Shown piece after piece: positions 1 through 10,168 of a stretch of 64,000 nucleotides of DNA. A model generated the notes under the pieces. That model worked only from the letters and a program-made list of their open reading frames with translations, was not told the DNA's origin and made no database searches. The DNA comes from a virus. The position numbers and the translations under genes were made by a program. Numbering within the stretch: position 1 is the first letter of the stretch; every line of letters starts with the position of its first letter. Where the stretch lies: positions 1 through 64,000 of the IMG/VR virus record IMGVR_UViG_3300045988_142085. The stretch is one strand, 5' to 3'.

Positions 1-1597
1 AAAGAGCGTATACAGTATCAAAGTCACCTTCGCCTAGATAGTCCATCTCGTCGAGTGAAATCCAGTCAGCTCTCCAGCCCCGAATAGAGGCTGCACTCAT
101 ACCTGAGTTAGCACCTGTCGTAAAGCCAACAATTTTGGAGCCATTTGAAAATTCGAATAAATATGGATTTGTTGTCGCTCTCGTTACTTCTTTTTTGATA
201 AGAGCAGAACTATCTATTTTCTGACGAATATTATCGAAGATCATTCGTATCTGTGATTGATACGGTGTTACAAACATATGAATAAAGTTTTTACGAGTAA
301 AGACGTTATATAATGCCTCGACTACCATCGTTTCTGTTTTACCGGTATTATGTGAAATAATATCGTTAGCAATAAAGTTACGGTAGTGTGGCACCGATAC
401 ATCATATGTTTGTTGTTCACCAAGATATTCGATCGATACAACCGGATCCCAGAAGATATCACCATTAAGTACATCTTCGATTGATTCGAAGCCTAAATGC
501 TCGGCAAGTTCTTTTGCCTCGGCTTTATTAATCGTTTTAGATTCTAAATATTCTTCGAGTGTTAATCTTCCTGTTTTTAAATATTCAAAATTCGTTTTAC
601 CGACTTCGTGATATTTTAAATAAGATAAAAATAACTTATTAAGTTTATCAGTCATTGGTTGGAACTTATATGAATAATAAACAGAGAACATATTTTTATG
701 GGAATGATTTTTAATTCGATTATATTTTTTCTTGTCGACAAAACCTAAAAAATAAGAATTTCGCTCTTTAACGATTTTTACGACAATACCGAATCGCATT
801 AATAGATGAGCTAACTGATGTGCCAACTGACCTGATTCAGAACAATATAATCGGTTAATCGGAACTTCGTCTTCTTCCTTATATGCATCTTTAATTAATT
901 CAGAAACGAAGATTGACATCGACTCTTTATTTAAAGAAAATACTTCTTTCGGAATTGACTTGTCGGAAGATGTATCTTTGTTTAATTTCTGAGCCATCAA
1001 TTTCAATTCTGACTCTTCGATCGACTCATTTCCGAAATAATTAAGATGCATCGGAATAGCGATATTATCGCCGACCGTAAGATCTTTTAATTCTAACCAT
1101 CCTAATTCGGTTAAGAATGGATGGTTGTCGGTTGCATCGAATGTACGACCTGTATTAGTCGTAATACGATATACCGGTTTAATCCCGTTATCGTATACTT
1201 TAGCATTTTTAGCTATTTCAATTTGATAATTATCGTCGAGAGCAAGAATATTAAATTCTTTATTCTCGTCGAATAATTGTTTTACAGTTTTAAATAATCC
1301 TGTTTCTGGATCTTGTATTTTAAGATTACCAGTTACGCACCGACGGCCACATCGAAATACTTTACGAAGACTTCGATCACGAAGCATTTCGGCCTGGTAC
1401 CAACGTGGAGTCCAAGGGGCATATTTATCTAAATCGATATTATAAATCTGAATAAAAGATTTAGCCCACATAACTGGATCTCGTTTAATTACGACTAGCT
1501 TTCCTTTTTCACTGAGCTTAGTAAAATCTAATCTTACTAAGTCTTCCAAAGGCATTGCCATAAGTTCTTTTACAGAATAATCTTGTTCATTTTTCAT
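1..1597 (-). CDS. terL: terminase large subunit, N-terminal ATPase part; the gene runs off the window start and is interrupted in frame by an intein
   Basis: Minus-strand ORF starting at ATG 1597..1595, absent from the ORF track because it has no in-window stop. Translation reads MKNEQDYSVKEL...RKVFRCGRR[intein]TGKTETMVVEALYN...GWRADWISLDEMDYL. Joining the exteins gives a terminase Walker A (RCGRRTGKTE) and Walker B (WISLDEMD). Confidence 0.8.
   Translation of the reverse strand, partial: MKNEQDYSVKELMAMPLEDLVRLDFTKLSEKGKLVVIKRDPVMWAKSFIQIYNIDLDKYAPWTPRWYQAEMLRDRSLRKVFRCGRRCVTGNLKIQDPETGLFKTVKQLFDENKEFNILALDDNYQIEIAKNAKVYDNGIKPVYRITTNTGRTFDATDNHPFLTELGWLELKDLTVGDNIAIPMHLNYFGNESIEESELKLMAQKLNKDTSSDKSIPKEVFSLNKESMSIFVSELIKDAYKEEDEVPINRLYCSESGQLAHQLAHLLMRFGIVVKIVKERNSYFLGFVDKKKYNRIKNHSHKNMFSVYYSYKFQPMTDKLNKLFLSYLKYHEVGKTNFEYLKTGRLTLEEYLESKTINKAEAKELAEHLGFESIEDVLNGDIFWDPVVSIEYLGEQQTYDVSVPHYRNFIANDIISHNTGKTETMVVEALYNVFTRKNFIHMFVTPYQSQIRMIFDNIRQKIDSSALIKKEVTRATTNPYLFEFSNGSKIVGFTTGANSGMSAASIRGWRADWISLDEMDYLGEGDFDTVYAL
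347..1339 (-). mobile_element. intein (Hint domain plus LAGLIDADG-type homing endonuclease domain) inserted in the terminase P-loop codons
   Basis: Begins CVTGNLKIQDPETGLF (block A). Contains TDNHPFLT (block B, TxxH) and LAHQLAHLLMRFGIV (LAGLIDADG-like). Ends YDVSVPHYRNFIANDIISHN, followed by T (block G: HN plus nucleophile). It is about 331 aa and in frame with no stop. Confidence 0.75.
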
Positions 1598-1602
1598 AAT
1601 TT

Positions 1603-2094
1603 CTATTTGTGGAACGCTTTACCTTCTTGACCCATCATAGTCGTTTGTAAACTATATTGGGACTGTTGAGCTAGGGCCATTCCTGCCTGTCTCATAGTTG
1701 CATATTGTTGTGAATTAACTGGATTAGTCCAAGAGAACGGACGATAATTTTGCTGCATTTGTTGTCGACCTTGTTGAGCTAAATCATTAGCAATGCCGAC
1801 TAAAGCTGGACCGCCATAATAAGCAGCTTGCACTGCCATACCGGCTAATGGACCTAACAATAAATCGGTACCCATACTAAAAGCAGCATCTTGTATTGCG
1901 TTTGCTTTCGTACCACCTTCATCGAGAGTATCGTTATAAGTCCATACTGCATTCGCAGTCGCTAAGCCTGCATTAATTTTATTATCCCAAATTAAATTGC
2001 CGGCTGTACCCATACTCTTAGTCGCATTACCGATATGTCCGACAGCAGATTTTACATTGCCAGTTAAACCTTTGCCTATATTTAATAAACCCAT
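1603..2094 (-). CDS. hypothetical protein, rich in Gly, Ala, Asn and Gln; possibly a virion or internal protein
   Basis: ORF in the track, tightly packed upstream of terL; no recognisable motif. Confidence 0.45.
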   Translation of the reverse strand: MGLLNIGKGLTGNVKSAVGHIGNATKSMGTAGNLIWDNKINAGLATANAVWTYNDTLDEGGTKANAIQDAAFSMGTDLLLGPLAGMAVQAAYYGGPALVGIANDLAQQGRQQMQQNYRPFSWTNPVNSQQYATMRQAGMALAQQSQYSLQTTMMGQEGKAFHK

Positions 2095-2669
2095 TATAAT
2101 GTACCTGGCGCCTTAATATTATTACGTCTTAGTGCAAAATTAATATCGCCAGATGCACCCATATTATCGAGTGCATTTTGTGGCGTTAGTCCAGAACTAG
2201 CCGATACGACAGGATTAACGGTGCCGACCGAAGCAATATTTGCTGTCGATGTCGGCTCCATTGCTGCATCGATCGTATTATTCATAGCACCTAATGCAGC
2301 AGTGCCACCTAATATCGTAGCACCATATCCTGTTAATTTGTATCGATCTGGAATAGAATAATTATCCGGATTAGTACTAACAAATTCTTTATTCACTCTA
2401 AAGTAATCATTAGCACCGTCTTTAATTGCTGGAACCGTATTACGCATAGGACGATATTTAGAGCTATAAGCTTCGACTTCTTCTTTTGAGTATTGACTAC
2501 CCATATCTCCAAGAACTGTTTTTTGTTTCTCGAGATTAGAAACTTGTTTATTAATAAATCTATTTGCTCCATTAGTTATCGTATCGTCAGTTTTTCTAGC
2601 GATATAACCAGCACCTTCGATAACTTTTTCACCGGCAGTTTTTACGCCTTTAACTATACCTTTAAGCAT
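2094..2669 (-). CDS. hypothetical protein
   Basis: ORF in the track, 191 aa, in an overlapping-start/stop operon arrangement. Confidence 0.45.
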   Translation of the reverse strand: MLKGIVKGVKTAGEKVIEGAGYIARKTDDTITNGANRFINKQVSNLEKQKTVLGDMGSQYSKEEVEAYSSKYRPMRNTVPAIKDGANDYFRVNKEFVSTNPDNYSIPDRYKLTGYGATILGGTAALGAMNNTIDAAMEPTSTANIASVGTVNPVVSASSGLTPQNALDNMGASGDINFALRRNNIKAPGTL

Positions 2670-2671
2670 AA

Positions 2672-3214
2672 TTAAATACCCGGAATACCGATAATATTAA
2701 ATTCGCCATTCTTATCACGATATAAACCGCCACCAGTAGCAACACGATAAGCGACACTACCTGCAACGACACCTTGAACACCGAGACGAGTCATGTCGTA
2801 TTTAGCATTATCTTTATAAAATGCAGATAATTCTTCTTTCGCAGCTTTAACGACTTCTTTGTCTTCACTACCCATACGTTGAGCAAATTCTGGCGACATA
2901 AATTTATTATCGAACATAGCTCTAGACTCTTTATTTAAATAAGAGTATTGTAGAGCCTGAGTTGTATCGAGACCGATCATTCTACTCTTAGCCATTTGAC
3001 CTAATGTATAATTAGGACTAGCAATTCTTTCAATGGAACCAATTTGATCTAAACTATCATTCATGATTTTCATGCCTGATGCAAACGCTTCAGAACCAGT
3101 CTTACCAATCTCTTTAGCAATAGTATTAGATCCATTAAAAGCTAATTTGCCGATTTCCATTGTTTTACTGATATTACCAGTAATAAGCTCTAATGCATTA
3201 CTCAAGTTCGCCAT
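2672..3214 (-). CDS. hypothetical protein
   Basis: ORF in the track, 180 aa. Confidence 0.45.
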   Translation of the reverse strand: MANLSNALELITGNISKTMEIGKLAFNGSNTIAKEIGKTGSEAFASGMKIMNDSLDQIGSIERIASPNYTLGQMAKSRMIGLDTTQALQYSYLNKESRAMFDNKFMSPEFAQRMGSEDKEVVKAAKEELSAFYKDNAKYDMTRLGVQGVVAGSVAYRVATGGGLYRDKNGEFNIIGIPGI

Positions 3215-3890
3215 AAGCGCTTAACCTCGAATTTCTTTCTTCCTCGATTTGTTCTTGTGACAAGAAGAAATCAGGATCATTAAGACTATTAATGAGGGCA
3301 GTGTCATGATTTGCGTCGTCGACATTATTACGAATTTTATCTTTTCTAGTCGCAGCTAATAACTCAAATACTTTATCTCGCTTTTGTACGAGAGTCGTAT
3401 ATAATTCAATACCTTTAGAAATCATCGGTTGAGTTATTTCTTGACCAGTTTCAGTTATATTCGTGACAACATCGATAACAGGATCATAATCTTTATTATT
3501 GATATATTGCATTGCCCTTGAAATTAGGAGGTCTAATGTAATTAATTCATGTACAAGAACATTATCGGTATAAGACGATTCATCGAGATTAAATTCTTTT
3601 TGATACTGCATAAATTTTTGAGCGATTAAAGTCGTTTCGCAAATACATGGCTCACCGACTTTAACGAGTCCTGCTTTATGTAACGGATCGTTTTTATAAA
3701 TACAATTTTCACCTTTACATAAGATCGGCATTTTAGCATAGATCGCATGATCGGTTGCTAACATATGCATAGCTTTATCGAAGATAATTTTGCCTTCTTC
3801 GCTGTAGCCCCAAGAATTATAATCTTGAACGAACTTATCCATCTGTTCGATAAGCTCTTGCTTTCTATTAGAAAGTTCTTTTTTTGACAT
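3198..3890 (-). CDS. hypothetical protein; a terminase small subunit cannot be excluded
   Basis: 230-aa ORF located upstream of terL; no diagnostic motif. Confidence 0.4.
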   Translation of the reverse strand: MSKKELSNRKQELIEQMDKFVQDYNSWGYSEEGKIIFDKAMHMLATDHAIYAKMPILCKGENCIYKNDPLHKAGLVKVGEPCICETTLIAQKFMQYQKEFNLDESSYTDNVLVHELITLDLLISRAMQYINNKDYDPVIDVVTNITETGQEITQPMISKGIELYTTLVQKRDKVFELLAATRKDKIRNNVDDANHDTALINSLNDPDFFLSQEQIEEERNSRLSAYGELE

Positions 3891-3904
3891 AAGGAATATC
3901 CCTC

Positions 3905-4585
3905 CTAATGCTCTATATTACCAGCATTACGAACTTTCTTGATTCTTTCCATAATATCGTCGACGGTAATTTCTAAATTTTCTTCTTCGCGGTCGACAGA
4001 TTTAATAGGTTTAGACTTATCAGGTTCTGGTTCACCTTGATTTTTCCAGTCAATCCAAGCCGCCATTTTATCGGCAAAATCTTTAGCCGTTACTACTTTA
4101 TTGTATAAATTATAATAGATATGCATTAATGCTTCGATTTTTAATGGCTCCATAGAATCTTTAATAAAGCCATAAATATTTTCTTCGACTTCGTTATCGA
4201 AAGATAAATCGGCTTCTGTCCATACAGAAGTACCATCATCTTCATAATGGAATTCAGAAATAACGACTTCATGAGTTTTCTTATCTTCTTCGGATGCAAT
4301 ATTATTACTTTCGTTTAGAGTAAGAATTTCGTCTTCTTCAAAGATGTTATTAGCACCGAATTGAGGAATGTTAAATAAACCATACGGTTCATATGCATCT
4401 TTTACGGATTGCAAATACGGGCCGAATTCTTCTGTTTCAATAAACTCTTCATCAAAAAACGGAGCATCGAGTTTAAACTTATGAAGTTCGTTCATAAAGA
4501 ATAATACAAAGTTTAACTTATACATATTAAGATCTTTATAATCTGTGCATGCACGTTTACATGCTTTAGTAAGATTGTTAATCAT
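3905..4585 (-). CDS. hypothetical acidic protein
   Basis: 226-aa ORF, rich in Glu and Asp. Confidence 0.45.
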   Translation of the reverse strand: MINNLTKACKRACTDYKDLNMYKLNFVLFFMNELHKFKLDAPFFDEEFIETEEFGPYLQSVKDAYEPYGLFNIPQFGANNIFEEDEILTLNESNNIASEEDKKTHEVVISEFHYEDDGTSVWTEADLSFDNEVEENIYGFIKDSMEPLKIEALMHIYYNLYNKVVTAKDFADKMAAWIDWKNQGEPEPDKSKPIKSVDREEENLEITVDDIMERIKKVRNAGNIEH

Positions 4586-4656
4586 TTCTTAACCTTTCTT
4601 GAGCAGCAAAAAAGACGATATAATAATAAATAAATACATCGTCTTAGTTAGCATTA

Positions 4657-5097
4657 TTAAATTCCGGTACTGCCAATACCGCCGGTACGTTCGCCGTCTG
4701 CATCATCGTCATCCGTAATTAAAAATTTATGAAATACGCCTTGAGCAACACATTCACCTTTTTTAATATGAACGACATCATCGTTATGAGATAACAAGCC
4801 TAAAGAAATTTCACCTTCATTAGTTTCGTTATTATAAAAGTCGCTATCGATAACGGCGACACTATTAATCATACGTACTCCACGTTTAAATGCTGCCGAA
4901 GATCGAATATGAAGATATAACACTTCATCGTCTTCCATTGCTGCTTTAACACCGGTCGGCAATACGTATAATTTGTTCGGATATAATTTAATGTCTTCGA
5001 TAGCAAAGAAATCATATCCTGCAGATTTCTTAGTTTTGCGTTTAGGAAGTTTTACTTCCATGTTTTTACATCGAGATACTACTTCAAATTTTCTCAC
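4657..5097 (-). CDS. dut: dUTP diphosphatase (trimeric dUTPase)
   Basis: dUTPase motifs: AGYDF (motif I), RSS (II), VIDSDFY (III), and the C-terminal RTGGIGSTG (V). Confidence 0.85.
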   Translation of the reverse strand: MRKFEVVSRCKNMEVKLPKRKTKKSAGYDFFAIEDIKLYPNKLYVLPTGVKAAMEDDEVLYLHIRSSAAFKRGVRMINSVAVIDSDFYNNETNEGEISLGLLSHNDDVVHIKKGECVAQGVFHKFLITDDDDADGERTGGIGSTGI

Positions 5098-5099
5098 TT

Positions 5100-5366
5100 T
5101 TATTTACCTGCAATCTTGTCTACTTCTTTAGAAATCTCGTTCATTAGCAAAGTTAATTCACTAACGGCAAATTCTTTTGAAATGCATCCATTAGTATATA
5201 ACAATGAATATGCTTTTACATGATCATAAGATAAATCAGAACAGAATTGGTCGACAATCTTTTTGTTTGGCCAATCTGTATCTAAAATACTATATACGAT
5301 CTTATCTTTAGGATCATCCAAAAAAATTAAGATTTCGTCAGGAGAATACGCTACGTATTTCTTCAT
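5100..5366 (-). CDS. hypothetical protein
   Basis: 88-aa ORF, preceded on the minus strand by an extended -10 promoter (TGTGTATAAT, near 5425..5436). Confidence 0.4.
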   Translation of the reverse strand: MKKYVAYSPDEILIFLDDPKDKIVYSILDTDWPNKKIVDQFCSDLSYDHVKAYSLLYTNGCISKEFAVSELTLLMNEISKEVDKIAGK

Positions 5367-5455
5367 TCAATTTCCTTTCGCTAATTAAAATATATATTGT
5401 AATTACACTTTAATTATACACGATTTTTTGATTGTAAGCAAATAAAGGGAAGAAA

Positions 5456-5502
5456 GGGAGGGAACGGTGCCGCGAAAGCGGTGCCGGATCCTCCCAAATG
5501 AG
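5456..5502 (-). terminator. GC-rich hairpin with a GAAA tetraloop followed by a T-tract; intrinsic terminator
   Basis: GGGAGG...GGTGCCGC-GAAA-GCGGTGCC...CCTCCC. On the minus strand it is followed by TTTCTTCCCTTTATTT, downstream of the 5508..5702 gene. Confidence 0.5.
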
Positions 5503-5507
5503 AAACA

Positions 5508-5702
5508 TTAGTGTTCTTCTATAGATTCCAATAATCTTTTCGGAATGCATTCTTCTGACAAAACAATCTTTTGTTTACCATCTTTAATGTACTGAATGTC
5601 GATAGCTGTATTTTTGATATCGACAAGGCCTATGAAGACAGCTGGTTTTTTGCCATGCAAAATAATTTCACCAGGTTGTACATCATTCCAATTAACTTTC
5701 AT
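5508..5702 (-). CDS. hypothetical small protein
   Basis: 64-aa ORF. Confidence 0.35.
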   Translation of the reverse strand: MKVNWNDVQPGEIILHGKKPAVFIGLVDIKNTAIDIQYIKDGKQKIVLSEECIPKRLLESIEEH

Positions 5703-5870
5703 TATCGTCCTCGTAACTTATTGTATAAGAACACTAATATATATATTAATGTAACAATAATAAAAGTATAAAATACTGTTATCAATTGTCCGTTAAATAT
5801 ATTATATTGTGCTTCTACTATTTGCAATAAGCTAATAGCTAGAGATAATACAAATAAGTAATCTTTCATA

Positions 5871-6080
5871 TTAACAAGTAGTTAAATAATTTTCGAGCTC
5901 CTCAATAGATTTTAATTCGACTTGTTCATTGATCCCGTCGAATGCTAAAATAATATCCTGATAAATATCGAAGTACCATGTATTATTATTTTTGCTAGCA
6001 ATTACACGAGTACAATGATCTTTTTCAGAAATAATAGGAGACTCGAAACATTCAATGATTTTATTTAAAGCTAATTCCAT
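5871..6080 (-). CDS. hypothetical small protein
   Basis: 69-aa ORF. Confidence 0.35.
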   Translation of the reverse strand: MELALNKIIECFESPIISEKDHCTRVIASKNNNTWYFDIYQDIILAFDGINEQVELKSIEELENYLTTC

Positions 6081-6179
6081 TATTTAAATTTCTCTTTCTT
6101 AAATGTGTATGCATACCGTGGGCCCATATCTCTACGTATATCTCGACTCATTGTACCGATATGCATACAGTCTTTTATA

Positions 6180-6692
6180 TTACATAAATTCTTTATATTC
6201 GTCAATAATAATTTTATTATCTTTATAAGTTACTTTCCAGATATTCTGATTAGAAGATCCTCTAAATTTTAAGGATGGATCTTTTAATTCGTCGATAAAC
6301 TTACCATCGACTAAAGCATCGACTAATTTTAATAGCTCGACCTTTTTAGGATCCATAATAATTTGATCGATCGTATATCCAGAGTAACACCAGATATCTT
6401 TATTCTTGAACCAGTCCTGATCTTTTAAATATTTATTAATAAAAGATACGAGACCATCGACATTCTCAAATGGTTCACCACCTAATATGGTTAAACCAGA
6501 TACTTGAGGATGTTTTAAATAATCGACAAGCCTATGCGCAGCTACTTCATCGAATAATTCTCCAGCACTATGATCCCAGTATTCTTGATTAAAACAATTG
6601 TAACAATGATGAGAACATCCTGTTACAAATAATGTGGCTCGAATGCCGGGCCCATTTGCAATATCGTATTCACGAATTTGTCCGTAATTCAT
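6180..6692 (-). CDS. nrdG: anaerobic ribonucleoside-triphosphate reductase activating protein (radical SAM)
   Basis: YDIANGPGIRATLFVTGCSHHCYNCFN (CxxxCxxC cluster); GLTILGGEP; C-terminal ...LKDPSLKFRGSSNQNIW, typical of NrdG. Confidence 0.85.
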   Translation of the reverse strand: MNYGQIREYDIANGPGIRATLFVTGCSHHCYNCFNQEYWDHSAGELFDEVAAHRLVDYLKHPQVSGLTILGGEPFENVDGLVSFINKYLKDQDWFKNKDIWCYSGYTIDQIIMDPKKVELLKLVDALVDGKFIDELKDPSLKFRGSSNQNIWKVTYKDNKIIIDEYKEFM

Positions 6693-7024
6693 TACTTTTC
6701 AACAACCTTCAACAATCCATTTTCGCTTCGCACAGAGATATGAGGAATTTCGTAAATCTTAGCAGTATGATGTTCAATAATACAACCACGATATTGATTC
6801 CAATCATCTAAGAAAACAGCTAAATCGGCCTTTGCTAATTCTTTAATAGAATCGCCGAGTGCGACTAAAGGCTCTTTATTTTTATTTTTAGGAGAATAAC
6901 TTTCGATAATTTCAACATTAGTAGAATCAAGATACTTAGTTAAGAATTCTTGGACTTCACGAATATTACTTAAAATTTCTTCGTGTGTTTTACCACGCAT
7001 TGGCTGAGATAGAAATACTTTCAT
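6692..7024 (-). CDS. protein of the nucleoside 2-deoxyribosyltransferase-like fold (DUF4406-like)
   Basis: MKVFLSQPMRGKT...LAVFLDDWNQYRGCIIEHHTAKIYEIP matches the NDT-like family pattern; a paralog lies at 39111..39446. Confidence 0.45.
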   Translation of the reverse strand: MKVFLSQPMRGKTHEEILSNIREVQEFLTKYLDSTNVEIIESYSPKNKNKEPLVALGDSIKELAKADLAVFLDDWNQYRGCIIEHHTAKIYEIPHISVRSENGLLKVVEK

Positions 7025-7035
7025 AGCTTTTTCTC

Positions 7036-7377
7036 CTATCGAATAATATGTTGTGTATTAATTAAAATCATATCTTCACTTATTAAATTTTTATTAATAT
7101 ACTCTTGGCGCTTTTCTTCTGCTTTATCTAAAGATTGAAATACACCCAACACAGAGTTATCATAATCATCAGAATAAGTAAATAATATATAAACCGTATC
7201 AACCATATCTACCTTTTTATATAAATTGTCAATTGCAATTTCTAAATCTTCCATGATACCGAGATAATCATCGTCAGGCGCATAACCAGAAACTTCTTTA
7301 TCTAATCTATCAAGCTCTAAAGCTATAGACATTTTTTCATTATATAAAGGATCTTTTTTGTCTAACATATTAATCAC
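7036..7377 (-). CDS. hypothetical protein
   Basis: 113-aa ORF. Confidence 0.4.
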   Translation of the reverse strand: MINMLDKKDPLYNEKMSIALELDRLDKEVSGYAPDDDYLGIMEDLEIAIDNLYKKVDMVDTVYILFTYSDDYDNSVLGVFQSLDKAEEKRQEYINKNLISEDMILINTQHIIR

Positions 7378-7541
7378 TCATTAAAATCATTAATATAACA
7401 AGTTTTTACGTAGATTTGATCTTCGGTATAACCGTCTTCTAAAAAATTCTGATATTCTTCATGAATATTTTGTTCGTTATACCAAAGAGATTCGATTTTA
7501 TCATCGACCATTAAAATAAATACTTTTTCAGGGTTATTCAT
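7378..7541 (-). CDS. hypothetical small protein (about 53 aa); not in the ORF track
   Basis: ATG overlaps the tmk stop (TAATG); sequence MNNPEKVFILMVDDKIESLWYNEQNIHEEYQNFLEDGYTEDQIYVKTCYINDFNE. Confidence 0.3.
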
Positions 7542-8244
7542 TAAGCACTCCACACTCCTTAACCTTTTTTAATACTTCCTTTGCGATCACATCGATATCA
7601 CGAATAACTTTACGATCAGCACAATTAATCATAATTGTACTATATCGATTAGCTATTTTTTGATACGCATGATCGACTTTTTTTAAATATTCAATATCGT
7701 TTTCATGAATATCGCCAGTATTACCGCCAGTCTTGCCTTTCCGTTCTGCAAGTAAGTTTAACCGAATTCTAATAGGGAGGCGTAACATAATAAGTAAATC
7801 CGGTTTAGGTAATTGCAATAAACGATATTCAAAATTTTCAAGCCATTGCAGAAACTGATCTTGAGCAGTTGCTTTTTCATAGCGAACGACTTGATATAAC
7901 TCATTAGATGTTGTATATCGATCACAAATAAGAATTGCGTCGTCTTGATTTAATAATTCTTTATATTTGGTTTGAAATGCTGCATAGCGATCCATCGCAA
8001 AGAAAAGGGAGGCAATTTTGGGATTAACGGCGCCATTTTCACCAAATGTTCCATCTAAATAAGATTTAACGAATGCTGAATATTCAGATTCATAATCAGG
8101 AAAACTAATTAAATGAACATTGTAGTTTTCTTTCTTTAAAGACTCATATAGTTTATTAGCTTGAGTTGCTTTACCACAACCATCGCCACCATCAAGAACT
8201 ATTAATTTCATATAGTCATCCTTTGATAATATAAAAGGCTCCAA
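7534..8244 (-). CDS. tmk: thymidylate (dNMP) kinase
   Basis: P-loop IVLDGGDGCGKATQ; DRY motif ILICDRYTTS; C-terminal lid region. The true start may be the internal Met at about 8208 (MKLIVLDGG). Confidence 0.75.
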   Translation of the reverse strand: MEPFILSKDDYMKLIVLDGGDGCGKATQANKLYESLKKENYNVHLISFPDYESEYSAFVKSYLDGTFGENGAVNPKIASLFFAMDRYAAFQTKYKELLNQDDAILICDRYTTSNELYQVVRYEKATAQDQFLQWLENFEYRLLQLPKPDLLIMLRLPIRIRLNLLAERKGKTGGNTGDIHENDIEYLKKVDHAYQKIANRYSTIMINCADRKVIRDIDVIAKEVLKKVKECGVLNE

Positions 8245-8258
8245 TAAGGAGCCTTTAT

Positions 8259-10148
8259 TTAAAATAAGAAATTAAAACTATCTTTTGCAAGATTAGTTTC
8301 GTTTAAATTATAATCGGCTTCTTCTGGATTATCTGTAATAAGACCACCACACATACCGATTAAATCTTCTAACATTAATCGATTATCGATTGTAGAATTA
8401 ATGGCAGAAGCGATACCATCCATTACGCTATCATATTTAGAAACAATACGATCGCCTAATCGGCTACTATAAAAGATAAAATCTTTTTTGCCGGTTTCAT
8501 CAGATCGAATAATGCCCAACATTGTTTCATCATCTTCAATAACAAAATCTTTAATATACAAAGAATCAGAGTTAATATCAAGAATAGTATTTCTGTCTAA
8601 TACATTACCATGGTCAAACCAATTAAAGAATAAATTAGCTATCACATCATCTGTCGACATAAAGTTATTTACAGTAATAACAGCAATATCATCGACAAAT
8701 CGATCTTTAAAATAAACGGCTTCTGCACCACCGTTAGGCAATGGAGCATTAGTAACGTCTCCAGTGTGAACTGCTTCATTATTTCTTAAATCACAATTCC
8801 AACCGATATGTAATCTTTTAGATTCAGCATGCAAATCTAAATCGACACGGCTATTAGGCTGATTAAACCAATGAATACCAAAAGAAAAATTATCGGTAGC
8901 ATTAATTTTAGAACACATCGGAATATTCCCGATAAAGTTCTTTTCCGATGTCGGTACTGCATATTGAACATATTTAGATAATAAGAATTTTTTACCTTCG
9001 ACTTTATCTTTAAGATCTTCTCTAATACTATTAACAATAAGAACTAATCGACGAGCAGCAACAGACGGATATCGTCTTTCGCCAGATTCCTTGACGAAGA
9101 TTTTACCGTTACGGATATTATATAATTTGTATTCAGATGGAGTTAACTCATTAAGAATATAATTATATAAAGAAATCTTCTTAAAAACAGTAACCTTTTT
9201 AAGTTCTTTTGTTACGTCTTGATCCATAACAAACGGACTTAAGATATTATCTAATGGTAATGGTTTACAAGGAACGTTTAATGTCTTTGCTAACTTAGAT
9301 GCTTTATTAATAATCTTAGCATTAGCTTTGCTATCTTTTTTTAAAAGAATCCAAAAATCGCGATAACGATTAAATGTTCTTGCTATAGTTTCGATACCAT
9401 AATTTTCAGTAAAAGAAGCTAGAAGTTCAGAGCTATCATAATGGAAACGTGTAACATCAAACATTATTTTTTGCTGTTTACTGCTGATAAATAAAGTGCT
9501 TCCGGTTCTTTTATAATAAATATAACGAATTAAATCCGTAGCCGTAGACGGAGTATAATATCCAGCGTCGATTAATAAAGCTTTAATTTCTTTATTCTTA
9601 AAATCATCGATAGAAAATCTATTAGTATAAGACGGGATAATTTCCATCAATAATTCAATAGTTTCTTGTTTTAATGCAATACCAGATACAAGACCTTTAA
9701 TTTTCTCGACAAGTTCATCGACCGTAATTGGATAAATGATTGTAAATTTAATAGGATCCTGATCCTTATCTAAACCCAAATATTCATTAGGTAAATATGT
9801 AGATTCTTTATCGACAGGAATAGTACCGAAACAACTTCCGTCTTCTTGATGAGTAAATACAGATAAATAATGTAAAACTTGATGTAATTTTAATTCTTCT
9901 AAATTCATAATATCGACAGCTTTAATAGATCCATGTAATGTAGATTTATTAATTTGATCGATATATTGATTACCGTATTCACTTACTAACGTATTACTAT
10001 CATTAGCTGTTAAATAATTTATGGCCTCGTCGACAAGATAGATGCCACTTTTAAACAGCTTATCTCGTTTAACTGGATTAACGCCGTCTTCGATTAAAAT
10101 TCTTTTGAATAAACGAATAATCACATCACGTTTCTTTTGATTGATCAT
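8259..10148 (-). CDS. large hypothetical protein (629 aa) inside the nucleotide-metabolism block
   Basis: Long ORF with a strong coding signature and no motif I can assign. Confidence 0.5.
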   Translation of the reverse strand: MINQKKRDVIIRLFKRILIEDGVNPVKRDKLFKSGIYLVDEAINYLTANDSNTLVSEYGNQYIDQINKSTLHGSIKAVDIMNLEELKLHQVLHYLSVFTHQEDGSCFGTIPVDKESTYLPNEYLGLDKDQDPIKFTIIYPITVDELVEKIKGLVSGIALKQETIELLMEIIPSYTNRFSIDDFKNKEIKALLIDAGYYTPSTATDLIRYIYYKRTGSTLFISSKQQKIMFDVTRFHYDSSELLASFTENYGIETIARTFNRYRDFWILLKKDSKANAKIINKASKLAKTLNVPCKPLPLDNILSPFVMDQDVTKELKKVTVFKKISLYNYILNELTPSEYKLYNIRNGKIFVKESGERRYPSVAARRLVLIVNSIREDLKDKVEGKKFLLSKYVQYAVPTSEKNFIGNIPMCSKINATDNFSFGIHWFNQPNSRVDLDLHAESKRLHIGWNCDLRNNEAVHTGDVTNAPLPNGGAEAVYFKDRFVDDIAVITVNNFMSTDDVIANLFFNWFDHGNVLDRNTILDINSDSLYIKDFVIEDDETMLGIIRSDETGKKDFIFYSSRLGDRIVSKYDSVMDGIASAINSTIDNRLMLEDLIGMCGGLITDNPEEADYNLNETNLAKDSFNFLF

Positions 10149-10168
10149 ATCTTTTCCTCCATATTTTT

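Noticed and set aside
2493-2675. Short plus-strand ORFs embedded antisense in minus-strand genes (this one and, for example, 5571..5771, 8488..8715, 10384..10623, 13196..13378, 18623..18946, 20844..21083, 25951..26151, 31149..31355, 43145..43720, 53173..53550)
   Set aside because: They lie entirely within longer, well-supported minus-strand genes, have low-complexity or Ile/Phe/Leu-rich translations typical of antisense reading of AT-rich DNA, and lack RBSs. They are treated as spurious.
8259-10148. The 629-aa ORF as a class I/II ribonucleotide reductase or another nucleotide-metabolism enzyme
   Set aside because: No RNR, ThyA/ThyX, ligase (KxDG) or kinase motifs are recognisable. It is left as hypothetical rather than forced into a family by genomic context.
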